DNA of 63,655 bases, counting the filler, from Aduncisulcus paluster (lineage: Eukaryota): the NCBI GenBank assembly GCA_024181965.1. It is 5 parts of 5 records of this genome, joined end to end, with 100 filler letters (N's around TTAATTAATTAA, not from the genome) between each part and the next. Parts side by side here need not be neighbours in the genome. Positions count along the whole stretch, not along the records: positions 1 to 10,892 come from BQXS01011659.1; positions 10,993 to 27,103 come from BQXS01011660.1; 3 more parts are not named here. One strand, written 5' to 3'. The notes under the pieces are model-generated. The model ran no database searches and was not told the DNA's origin. It was given only the letters and a program-made list of their open reading frames with translations. Positions 1-11,150 of the stretch are shown here, in pieces. The position numbers and the translations under genes were made by a program. Positions within the stretch are counted from its first letter, which is position 1, and every line of letters begins with the position of its first letter.

Positions 1-2838
1 AGATGAAGAAGATATTCCCCGCGCTGAGGGAACATCCATTGTGGGCAAGGATGGATCGGACGAAGGGTCTGAAGCCAAGGTGAACGGTTGAAGAGGGGAA
101 GAAGAAGAACCTCGAACGAGAAGCAAATGATCGTAATTATCCTTCAAAAGTCTAAGCTCAAACTCTTTTTCTTCCAACTTGAGAGCTAATTCACGATTAT
201 CAGAAATTAAAGCATGCATTTCTTTCTCTTCCATCGATTCTTCACCTTGCCCTTTTGCATCTTTTCCTCTATGAATAACATCACCGAGTCTGGGATCAAA
301 TGCTTCGAGTTCATCTTTATCAAGTACGTCTGTCGTCTGGTGAGTTGTTGTTTGAAGTTCAGAAAGAGAGAAAGTGAACGGATGGGCCACAGACTCGGAT
401 AATAATGATGTCTTGAGTTCCATGTCTTCCTCACCAATTTCAATGGAAGATTTGTGTTGTTGTATGTATTGCTTTAATTCTTCAGAGAGCGTAGACACCT
501 TACTCTTGTGCATTTCAATCTCTTCATTCTGACCCTGAATAATATCAAATTGATGATCTATTCTCTGTTTTAACTGAGAAATAATTCCTTCGTTATTGCT
601 ATCATCCTTGGCATATGCAGGCATTCCCGAGAGAGTTGAAACACTGCCCTTTACACCATCACTTCTTTCCTTTCCTTCTTGTTCTGGCCCTTCTGTTTCA
701 AATCCACCGTTGGATTGCATAATTTCAGACAATTTCGATTCCAACAAGCGAATTCTTCTGGTGGCAGCAAGAAGTTTTTCATGAAGGAAAAGAGTCAAAT
801 TGATAGAATCAGAATCATTATCAATCATTTTCAGTATATCATGAGTATTTGTCACTGTAGAAGCTTCTTTCTCATCTGCAAACCGTAACTTTTCGGTTCC
901 AGCCGGTATCTGTTCGGTTGCAGACGAAACTATTTCTTCTTTATCCTCTTCTTTAGTAATCTGATGGTGAGGAGAGTCGAATGTAGGGTGTGGTGGTGTG
1001 TCTCCATCAAGTTTATCGGTGTGAGGATGATCAGTGTGAGGATGATCAGTGTGAGGATAATCAGTGTGAGGATGATCAGTGCGAGGATGATCAGTGCGAA
1101 TATCTTGTTCTAAAGAGGATGATGAAGATCCGGATGAAGGGATACTTATTGGGTGTGAAATATCAGATGTAAATGAAGTTATTGACTTCCATGATTGGTA
1201 TTTTGTCATATTCCTCGAGTTGCTTTTCAATGCTAAGGAAGTGAGTGGTCCAAAATGTGAAATAATATTCTCATTGTCCTCATTATCATCTTTCCCTTCC
1301 TCTCTTCCTTTCGCTTCCTCTCTTCCTCTTTCTTTCTTTGTAGTAGTCTTGAAATCTGTGAATAAGCTTCCAGAATGTGCAGAGACAGGGAATATATTGC
1401 TTGAGTTGAATAGAAAAGAAGGTGAATATGGATGATGGTGCTGTTGAGTTGTACTGATACTTCCTGGACTTGAATGTGCAGATATGGTTGTTATATCCTC
1501 GATAGCTCCAAGATAGGTGGCTGAAGAGAACAGTTGCATCGGAGAAGTAAGAGAATCGTAGTATTCTTGCAAAGTGGTGATATCTGCTTGAGTACCCTGT
1601 TCTTCAATGTGTTCAACAAGTTCCTTCTCTTTACGAACTAAATCATTGATTTGCATTGTTAAATCATCCATTTCATGGGCAATTGTACGTTTTCTATCAA
1701 TGATTATCCTCCATTCTTTGACAATACTGGCTTTGTCTTCATCTCGACGAAGGAAAGAGTCTTGTTTTTCTTCTTTCTGTTCCCATTCTTCATTATCTAA
1801 TTCTTCTTTTTGAGACGCTCTCTCTTTCTTGCCTCTCTTTTCTTCTTCCTCTTCTTCCTCTTCCTCTTCCTCTTCGAGTTCTTCATTCAGGTCTTCTCGA
1901 ATTTCTTTTTCCTTCTTAAAAGTGAGTTTTTTAAGTTTTTCTATCTCTTTTTCCATCTTTTCGGCTCTTTTCTTTGCATTTTCAGTCGTGGGAAGGTCCG
2001 ATCCAATTCCAGACGACTCATGTCTGTTGGCGATCTGTCCAAGATGTTTCTTCTCTTTTTTCTTGATAACCAAGGGATTTACAAGCATTCCGATTCGACT
2101 TGCGTTTGAAATCATGCGTTTATCATCCTCATATACATCAAGAAGGCTGGAATAGTGGTGAGTGAGTGAAGATAATTGGTTTTCAAGGCGATATATTTTC
2201 TCTGTTGCATTAAGAAGCTTGTTTTTCATCAATAGTAACTGTGCCGAATCAATAGATTCAATCTCATCGGCGTCAACAATATTGGGAGTAGACGGTTTTG
2301 AAGAAACATCATCGAGACAACTATCACCATGTACTTCATTCTTACTGGTATCATTCAGACCATGCTCGCCTGAACATTGAATGGCTTCCGTTTGGATGAT
2401 AGATGAAAGAGAATAACCATGCCCTTCTTCCTCATCGAAGGAGGAATCATGTGAAACGGAGGAAGGGGAAGGAATTCCCAAAGAAGATGTTGATGATGAG
2501 GGGGATAAAACAGAAAGAGATTCACAGGAAATGGCAGATCGAAGGGGTTTGCGGGAATCGAGAGTAACAGTGGGATGAAAATGCTTCTCAACACAAGCCT
2601 CGAGTGAAATATCCTTTTCGTTGTTCAAAGGATTTGGTTTAGTGATATATTGACAATGATCTTCCGTTTTACACTTATTATTTGAACATATGAGGGAAGA
2701 AAGAACTGAAGTTTTTGATGATTGCATAATGGCCAATTTTTGCTTCATTTTCTCTAATTCTGCGTCTTTTTTCATTATTTTTTCCTGGGCCTTGGATAAT
2801 TTAGTTTTGAGATCTTCAATTTCGTTGCTACAATCCAT
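1..2838 (-). CDS. Large coiled-coil/low-complexity protein, 3' end outside the window
   Basis: ATG at 2838 (MDCSNEIEDLKTKLSKAQEKIMKKDAELEKMKQKL...). The frame was open wherever I spot-checked it toward the window edge; it is absent from the ORF track because there is no stop. Heptad-like E/K-rich segments. Confidence 0.8.
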   Translation of the reverse strand, partial: MDCSNEIEDLKTKLSKAQEKIMKKDAELEKMKQKLAIMQSSKTSVLSSLICSNNKCKTEDHCQYITKPNPLNNEKDISLEACVEKHFHPTVTLDSRKPLRSAISCESLSVLSPSSSTSSLGIPSPSSVSHDSSFDEEEGHGYSLSSIIQTEAIQCSGEHGLNDTSKNEVHGDSCLDDVSSKPSTPNIVDADEIESIDSAQLLLMKNKLLNATEKIYRLENQLSSLTHHYSSLLDVYEDDKRMISNASRIGMLVNPLVIKKKEKKHLGQIANRHESSGIGSDLPTTENAKKRAEKMEKEIEKLKKLTFKKEKEIREDLNEELEEEEEEEEEEEEKRGKKERASQKEELDNEEWEQKEEKQDSFLRRDEDKASIVKEWRIIIDRKRTIAHEMDDLTMQINDLVRKEKELVEHIEEQGTQADITTLQEYYDSLTSPMQLFSSATYLGAIEDITTISAHSSPGSISTTQQHHHPYSPSFLFNSSNIFPVSAHSGSLFTDFKTTTKKERGREEAKGREEGKDDNEDNENIISHFGPLTSLALKSNSRNMTKYQSWKSITSFTSDISHPISIPSSGSSSSSLEQDIRTDHPRTDHPHTDYPHTDHPHTDHPHTDKLDGDTPPHPTFDSPHHQITKEEDKEEIVSSATEQIPAGTEKLRFADEKEASTVTNTHDILKMIDNDSDSINLTLFLHEKLLAATRRIRLLESKLSEIMQSNGGFETEGPEQEGKERSDGVKGSVSTLSGMPAYAKDDSNNEGIISQLKQRIDHQFDIIQGQNEEIEMHKSKVSTLSEELKQYIQQHKSSIEIGEEDMELKTSLLSESVAHPFTFSLSELQTTTHQTTDVLDKDELEAFDPRLGDVIHRGKDAKGQGEESMEEKEMHALISDNRELALKLEEKEFELRLLKDNYDHLLLVRGSSSSPLQPFTLASDPSSDPSLPTMDVPSARGISSSS
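1011..1098 (-). repeat. 15-bp coding tandem repeat (~5.5 copies) encoding TDHPH/TDHPR
   Basis: GTGAGGATGATCAGT units on +; ACT GAT CAT CCT CAC in the frame of the 2838 ORF. Confidence 0.9.
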
Positions 2839-2937
2839 TTTCAAATTTTAGCGGTAATGATGATTATTACAATATAAAACTAACGAATATAATTATAAAA
2901 AGCAAATGTACGCAAAATAAAAAAGGGATAATCAATT

Positions 2938-3545
2938 GAAAATGTTGGTATCTTGACAAAAAAGGGATTCAGGGTTTCTTGTTTGGTTTAAGTTTGTTTT
3001 TTTCATAATATTACAATAAAGAAACAATTATAATATCCTCCTGTGCTATTTTGTTCTTATTACCTCCTGAACAGGAGAAATCCGGTTTTGACGATCAGGT
3101 AACAAAATAAGATGTGTTTATTGAAAAATTTATGATATTTAAAAGGAATAGATCCATTCATTTAGTCTTCTGTCTCGTTTTGCCCACCAGAAGTTGGTAT
3201 TTCAACACTTACTGGAGTTTCAAGGGTTTTCNNNNNNNNNNNNNNNNNNNNAAAATGTTGGTATCTTGACAAAAAAGGGATTCAGGGTTTCTTGTTTGGT
3301 TTAAGTTTGTTTTTTTCATAATATTACAATAAAGAAACAATTATAATATCCTCCTGTGCTATTTTGTTCTTATTACCTCCTGAACAGGAGAAATCCGGTT
3401 TTGACGATCAGGTAACAAAATAAGATGTGTTTATTGAAAAATTTATGATATTTAAAAGGAATAGATCCATTCATTTAGTCTTCTGTCTCGTTTTGCCCAC
3501 CAGAAGTTGGTATTTCAACACTTACTGGAGTTTCAAGGGTTTTCC
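2938..3545. other. Example of an overlap duplication around a 20-N scaffold gap (assembly artefact)
   Basis: ~290 bp before the gap (3232-3251) repeats after it. Same pattern at gaps 5631, 8496, 18966, 19777, 25331, 34249, 39310, 50549, 51598 and 62072. Confidence 0.93.
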
Positions 3546-6500
3546 CGGATTCCTCCTCTTCTTCCTCTTCTTCCTCTTCTTCCTCTTCTTCTCCTTCCTC
3601 TCCCTCGTGAGAAACCACTTCCTTAACCTGTTCAATAGTTTCTTCTTGTTCTCCTTCGCCTTCAGCCGGTGTTTGTTCGGCTATTTGTTCGGCCGGCGGA
3701 GGTTGCTGTGTTTTTTTTGTTGCTTCTTCCTCAGCCTTTTTAGCTTCAGCAATGGCTTCGAGTCTCTTCTTTTCCAACAATTCCAACCTCTCTCTCTCTT
3801 CTCTTTCAATTCTCCTCTTTTCTTGAACAACAACGTCAGCCAGTCTCAACAGAATCTTTGCCACACGTCGAATGGGGTACATATGCTTCTTCTGCATCCG
3901 CATTGTCAACGATGGTCTTCTCTCTCTTCTTGGACCCATCAGGAGATCATCTTGTCCGGATGAAGATGAGTCTTCAGTCTCTGATTCGAATAATCTGAAC
4001 TGTGGAGGGGGCAAATGACGGCGCCACTCTGTCAAAAGAGCACTATTTGTTAATGTTCCGCCACTCCCTGGCCTGTTAGGTTTTCGTTTGGCAAGCAATT
4101 GATTTACACCGTTCATATTCATTTCTGTCACACGTTTGAAGCTCTGGTGTTTAACTTGCCACAATAAATCAGAAAAGACATGAACAGCAATAATCTTCCA
4201 TATACGAATACGACTGGCTTTAGATTCTAAAATTAGATCATTTGAGAATCTTGTAACTGCATCTGACAATGTAACTGCAATGTCCATGGCGTGGTCCGCC
4301 AAATGTGATGGGTGCTGGCGTAATACTCCCACTAAACTCCTGTATCGCTCTCTCTTCATTTCAGCACACTGTTCAGCGATTTCTTTGACTCCTACATCCA
4401 TGCCCATGACTGGGTGATGACTGATCATTCTCATGTGTACAGCTATAGTCTTGGCAAAGTCCACAACATCATTGGGGTCGGCTAATTGATTGTTGGGGGT
4501 CAACAAAGATTGTTGTTTGAATTTCCTAAACTCCTTAATAACGGTTAATGTCGGACGATATAACTTGATGCTGCTAACAACATTTTTGGAGGAGGATGGC
4601 CATCTCTGACCTAACACGAATAAAAAACCTTCAATCACAAAAAATCCAACAACTCCAACAATCACACATGTTAACACCGGTGAAGACAATTTAGTGGTTT
4701 CGGACTCCGTTAACATGTATATATCCTGCTTGTTGACTATTCCAGCAATAAGAGCAGTGAGAATTAGGCTCAAGAAGAGGAAAATGTTCTGTGAGGTTAA
4801 CCTAAATGGGCGCAGGAATGCCATGAGGATAGTAACAATGGTTACCACACAGATAATGGCGATTTGAAGATAGAACCCAAGATTAACGTCATCATATCTC
4901 TCAGAAAACACAACGAGAGCAGTCAATCCATAGAACAGAATGTAGAGCCAGTTAAACAGTAGATTCCCGGGATAAGTAAGGTGAGAGATGAGATACATGC
5001 GATCATTCACATATTTATCATTGAGATCAATCGAAAAGGTGAATTCATTGTACTGAATATGTTTCTCTGTCTCCTTGCGAGTCCTTGGGAACAGTCTCAA
5101 TTGGGTTGTGGTGTTCACAATGGCCACGGCAGTGAACATCATGAACGTGAGACACGATAAACCCATACATACGGGCTGCAACGGGGAAGAAAGACACAAT
5201 TCAGACTTGTATGGGATAAAAGTGAACTTGTTGTCACAGAGAGAAGCCCTCAAGGAAAGCACGACGGTAGGGGATATCATAACAGTCATAAAGAACGAGA
5301 TAAAGAGAGTGAAAATATGTAGAGTAATGTTTGGCGGTGGGGATGATTTCGCCAGTTCCGTGTGGTTCCTGGAAAAAGATGAAGCAACGGATCGAAGAGC
5401 TGAATGGTGACCTGGCATGGGTGTGAGAGCAGTGTTGATGGAATGTTCGTCTGAAGAGTCAACAGATATGTGTGAGTGAGGCCTTGAGAGGCGAGCAGCA
5501 ACTGTCCCAAGCTTACTTTTCCCAGAACCGCTAGAATCGGTCACAAGGTTGATATCACGCATGCTTGTCATTCCACTCTTAAGCTGAGGAGGAGTGTGGG
5601 TGTCTGCTTGGTGCATGGGTGAGCCAGTATNNNNNNNNNNNNNNNNNNNNGTTCGTCTGAAGAGTCAACAGATATGTGTGAGTGAGGCCTTGAGAGGCGA
5701 GCAGCAACTGTCCCAAGCTTACTTTTCCCAGAACCGCTAGAATCGGTCACAAGGTTGATATCACGCATGCTTGTCATTCCACTCTTAAGCTGAGGAGGAG
5801 TGTGGGTGTCTGCTTGGTGCATGGGTGAGCCAGTATCAAAGCCATCAGAACTAACAGAATCAGCACCATCTGGCTTGTAATGGGCAGAAGGGGGAGAGGA
5901 AGGTGGCGTGTATCCTTGTCCAACACCTCCTTGACCTTCTTCAAGATCACCAACAGATCCATTAAACTCCTTGACAAACTGGATAGCATCAACAGAGGAA
6001 GATGTAGTTGTTGTAAGTTCAGAGGCTTCGAGATCGGCATTTCCAGCCATCATAGCAATCTGGCCTTCATCATATTCTTCTTCAGCCTTACAATCCTCTT
6101 TAATTTCATCCTCAACCTCTTTCATGGTCATTTTCTTGGTAGGCCATAATATACATATTAAATAGAGTAAAAGAAGTCCAATCATAGTGGAATTTAATAT
6201 AATGCATAAATAGGCACCCTTTTCATAGCTGGGAACCGATGAATAATACAAAGAATACCTAGAAAAAAGATCCAGGTTCAAAAAATATAATACTTTTGAT
6301 AAAAAGTCCGGAAAATCAATGGTAATTGATGAATTACGATTTCCGGTTAATATAATCATCATTAACTGAATACATATGATAATACAAACGATTCGAGTCC
6401 GCAATCCATGAAGGGTTAAAATATGGCGTAAAGAATTTAATCGAAAGTTATGGAGTCTATTTCCTCCACCAAATACTTTCTTATCATTGTCTAAATGACG

Positions 6501-6914
6501 CATTGACGTTGATTGTCTTGGAAGGGGATCAGTTTTACGACTGGCACCTTCATAATAGCTTGGATCACTCGTTGATTTGTTCAAATGAGACAGAGGTGAA
6601 TGATCAGATTCATCATTCCAAGACTGAGATAGTTCTCCTGTCGATGGAAGAAAATAGCGCATATTTTCTTCACCCATAGTACTGTCTCCGCGAATAGCAC
6701 CGGCTGAAGCAGGTCTATCAGCAGTCCTAATGGGAGACATGAGTGAATCATCCCTAAAGGAAGTAGGAGTAGGCGTTCTATGCACCTGACTCGATCTAAC
6801 ATTTAATTTAACTGGCGCATCGTGAACTTTCACGACCCCCATGAGTAAAAAATTTGTTTTTCGAATACAAACAGGCAAATTCAATTTTCCAAATTCGGTT
6901 TCAGGGAAGATCAT
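3475..6914 (-). CDS. Multi-pass membrane protein with TRP-like C-terminal TM bundle and acidic tail (one gene split by the 5631 gap)
   Basis: ORFs 5568-6914 and 3475-5616 share the duplicated MHQADTHTPPQLKSG segment. About 8-9 hydrophobic helices; LRPF..QN motif between the last TMs. Family assignment is tentative. Confidence 0.7.
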
Positions 6915-7274
6915 TGTTTATGTAACTTTAAATATATAGAACATAATTATGATATTATTTTACGCTAATTTTCTAGTTATTTTATTTATTTATATCACTA
7001 TTTGTTCGAATAGAGAGAATTTCTCCTATCTCATAGTTTGGAATATTAAACAACATAAAACTCTTCGAAAACTATTTTATAATTAAGTTAAAATAGCTTT
7101 TACTCGCTTAATTAGTGTAAAAATAGTCACAACAACATTCAATTAAAAATAAATCAAAACAGTTAAAATAACAATATACATTGGAATGATAAGCTGTTAA
7201 TGTATTAATTAAAAGATATGTGTGATTTCCAAAATAGATAATTCATCTAATAAGTTGATAGCAAAACAAAACGA

Positions 7275-9593
7275 TTAGAAAAGAGGTTTGAAAGAATCGA
7301 GTCCCTCAATCTCATTTGGCAATAGATAGTGTCTCTTTTCAAATGGACCGAATGCTACATCGGCTGACACAGTCGATACTTGGTCCCTCATTGACCCCAG
7401 CAGAATAAAAGCCTCATTATCAGTGCAGCAATTACACAATCCACTCCAGGGAATGGCAAATATCAATATTAACACGGCTTGGAGCAATAACCTCATAAAC
7501 ACAACCCAAACTGGAAGCTGTCCATCAGGATCGGATGAGAAAAACACAAATCCAAACAACCCGTGCATTGCAGCCGCCAACAACAAAATAACTTCGACTA
7601 TCCTTGATAATTGATGATTGAAATGTGGAGGCCGTTTTAATAGTTTCAATATCCTCACTTTAGACAGCCAGTAGTGAATCCAGAAGTAAATCAGAGCTAA
7701 AGGAATCAAGAGAGGCTGGATCATGGAGAAAGCCACGCACAGGGTGATGACAACAAGACTATTGGTGTAAATGAATGATACTCTGAACTCAAGACCTTGC
7801 TCGGCTAACATTGCGCTATAATTAGTTCTTGAGAAGATTCTACGGATCACCATAATAACCCAAGGCAGAACCATGTCAAGAATATTATACACTACAATCT
7901 CGAAGAACATAAAGAAAAGAAGATCTGCTGATGTTGTCGATATCCACAAGGAATAAGTCGTTGAAAACTCAATATCACTAATGCTATCGAATCCATTCAT
8001 GACTTGGAATAACCTAACATAAGCAATCGAAACAATTTTACAAGCAAGCTGATAGACGTAATATTTGGTTAGTACGGCTCCCTCACGAGCACTGTGAGTT
8101 GGATGACACTCCCACATCGCTAACAACCGAACGACAAAATGCAGTGCGAAATCAGTGACCCAGATAATGAGATAACTGCTCCAATATATGATTTGATTGG
8201 TGACCCAACTACTGGTACTATTGCCCCATGAGGTAATGGTAGATCTCATGAAGACAAAGAAAACGATGGAGATGATCACAACACAGATGGCAATGAGGGT
8301 TGAAACGATCTGATGCCAGAAGAAGGTCCATGAGGGTGTAGATAAGTTCTCCCAAATAATATCGGTGTGTTCAGGACATTCTTTCACACTGATGGCAACT
8401 CTATCGCCAAACTGATCGGTAAATTTATCACGTTTCACACACAATCCACAAAAGAAGCGAGCCAATGTTAACTTATGAGCTTCAATGGCTGCCAANNNNN
8501 NNNNNNNNNNNNNNNTCATGAAGACAAAGAAAACGATGGAGATGATCACAACACAGATGGCAATGAGGGTTGAAACGATCTGATGCCAGAAGAAGGTCCA
8601 TGAGGGTGTAGATCAGTTCTCCCAAATAATATCGGTGTGTTCAGGACATTCTTTCACACTGATGGCAACTCTATCGCCAAACTGATCGGTAAATTTATCA
8701 CGTTTCACACACAATCCACAAAAGAAGCGAGCCAATGTTAACTTATGAGCTTCAATGGCTGCCAATGCATCCTTGGCGAATGTAAACACAACGACACAGC
8801 ACATTGGTTCCGCACTTGTATGTTTCTCTTGTTCATGGTATTTACGCTCGAGAGACATCAATTGCTTCATATGCCAGTTTAAGTCGCGAAGACCACCAAG
8901 GATTTGAATGACAAACTTAAAGGGATTCTTAGTCCCAGGATACTCAGCCATTTTATCATCTGAGGGGGGTCTACGAGGGAAGTGAATTGGGGGATGCTCA
9001 ATCGGTTTGTCATCTTCCGACAGTGTTTCCATAAGAGCATCATATGATTCTAACAGTTGTGCACGCTGAGTATGCATTCTAAGGAGAGAACTATGGATCT
9101 CACGCATGGATATCTCTCGAATGGCTCCATAAGCAGAAAAATGGCTCTGAATTTGGGATCTAGTCGTATCGGGGGGCAAATCACGAACAAGAACAGCATA
9201 TTGACTCATTCTAATCTGACCACGCCCATAGTTCATTCTTGCAACTTTCTGATGGAGATGTAGTTGTCCAATACTTAAACAGAAAAAAATAGCAACGATA
9301 ATATCAATGACAATTCTAAACATAGAAGTGGCATCAAGAAATGTTATCTGAAATAGGTTCATATTTCCAGTTTTGCTGGCGATTGAATATGTGATTGTTT
9401 CAATAATGGTAGGAAGACAAGTAATAGTTAAAATAAGCAACATTCCCATTGTAAATCTAACAAACCTAAAATATAAGGCCATTCCTACCCCAAATTCTTT
9501 TGCTATGGTGGATATTGAAGTGGTTTTGGAACTCCACTTTCTGTATTCATATGGAACAGGTCTATTGTCACTACAACATGTTCCACAACCCAT
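7275..9593 (-). CDS. OSCA/CSC1/TMEM63-family calcium-permeable stress-gated channel
   Basis: YAVLVRDLPPD cytosolic-domain motif, PEHTDIIWENL, and RSN1_7TM-type IYTNSL...PLLIPLALIYF...K. Split by the 8496 gap duplication. Likely start MGCGTCC at 9593. Confidence 0.88.
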
Positions 9594-9810
9594 ATTATAA
9601 TAAATTAATGATTGGGGATATGCCAAAAGGTATCAAAACGAAGAATGCAGAAAAAATCATCCCCAAACTCGACATCCATAACATTAACTCCAAGAAGTGG
9701 ATTATTTTGTAGTATTTAATTTGTTATTAATAAATCTCATATTTATTCATCGAATTCTATCTTATACGCTGGACAACATCCAATCACGTTTTTTTCGGCA
9801 ATATCAGACA

Positions 9811-10892
9811 ATGGGATTTGTTTCAAATCTAGCATTGGTGTTAGCTGCTGGTGGGGGAGCGATATTGGCTCTTGACAAACTTGGTCCAAGTATGTTGGTC
9901 GATTGTTTTTTGCTATTGCCTTAATCACTCTTATTTCTCATAGTGGTATCTGTTTTTTGTGTATATTTATATTTATTCATCTGTTTTTATTTATTTTTAG
10001 AGGCATTGGTTGGAGAAAAACTGCAACAGACCCCTCCAGGTCTTACAAATTATGGAAACGCTTGTTTTATAAATTCATCAATTCAAATGCTCTGTTCTTC
10101 CCCTCATTTTTGCATGTATATTAACAATATTCTACAAAGACAATACGAATCAGTTTTATTAGATTGTAAAATGGATAAAGAGAAAGCCTTGGAATCATTC
10201 CAGAAATCCAGCAAAGTATATTCTATTCTGAATCCCCTCCGAAAATTATGTTTTAATTTATGGAAGTTACCGACAAGATTCACACAGCTCTCAGCCAAAA
10301 CTTGGGCCGAATCTTTTCTTCAGCCTGGTGCTCTTACACAGAGCGATACTCACGAATTTATTACGTTTTTATTGGCTCTATTGGATCAAGTTGCTGAGAA
10401 ACTTGGTACTGCAGATGGAAGGATGAGTGAAGCCGAGTGGGTTGATAAATCCTCGAGTAGTCCACTCACTGATGCTATATTCCACCATACTTCTTCCTTC
10501 CCTGCATCATTGACTTCTTCTCTCATGTCTGTCCTCTCTCATCCAAGCACATGCCCTTTCTCCACCCCTCACTTCCGAGCTGTTGTTTCTTCCCCTTTCC
10601 AGGGTGCTCTTGCCCGTACGATCACCTGTGACAAGTGTGGCATTCAAACTGCTACAGAAATACAGCCCTTTAATGTGATTACTCTCAATCTTCCAGTTAC
10701 GTCCACCACTTTCTTCACGAAGATACAGAAAGGATCTCAACATCTCTCTACTGCTTCTCTGGATGAGAAAGGGAAAGGGACAAGCCAGGATCCTGCATCC
10801 ATGCTTGCATTTACTGATGCTACCCTTGCTGAAAGAGCTTCACTCGAACACCGTTCTTCAACTGCTCTTCCACCACCTCCAGTTTCTTCCTC
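9811..10892 (+). CDS. Ubiquitin-specific protease (peptidase C19), USP30/UBP27-like with N-terminal hydrophobic anchor; 3' truncated by scaffold end
   Basis: Cys box PGLTNYGNACFINSSIQML, QSDTHEF, and PFQGAL...CDKC...FNVITLNLP. Exon 1 (9811-9889, MGFVSNLALVLAAGGGAILALDKLGP) splices in frame to 10001. Confidence 0.85.
9890..10000 (+). other. Spliceosomal intron (111 nt) in the USP gene
   Basis: GTATGT donor, T-rich tract, TTTTAG acceptor; removal joins A|AG (Lys) in frame. Confidence 0.8.
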
Positions 10893-10992
10893 NNNNNNNN
10901 NNNNNNNNNNNNNNNNNNNNNNNNNNNNNNNNNNNNTTAATTAATTAANNNNNNNNNNNNNNNNNNNNNNNNNNNNNNNNNNNNNNNNNNNN
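10893..10992. other. Artificial scaffold linker
   Basis: N44-TTAATTAATTAA-N44; stop codons in all six frames. Confidence 0.98.
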
Positions 10993-11150
10993 GTGATCTT
11001 GTTCAAAGTTTATTATATATGCAAATTGATAGACTTCAAGTCAAAAAGAATGTCAGATCAGAGCAAAAGAAATATCTTCACGCTGCGAAAACAGCTCTTG
11101 GGCCCATTCTTGATAAAATTGAAAGCAAGAAATAATCAATCAAATAAATA

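Noticed and set aside
8613..8615. Premature TGA in the OSCA gene as readthrough or recoding
   Set aside because: The other gap-flank copy reads TTA (Leu) at the same site (~8342-8344); it is an error near a contig end.
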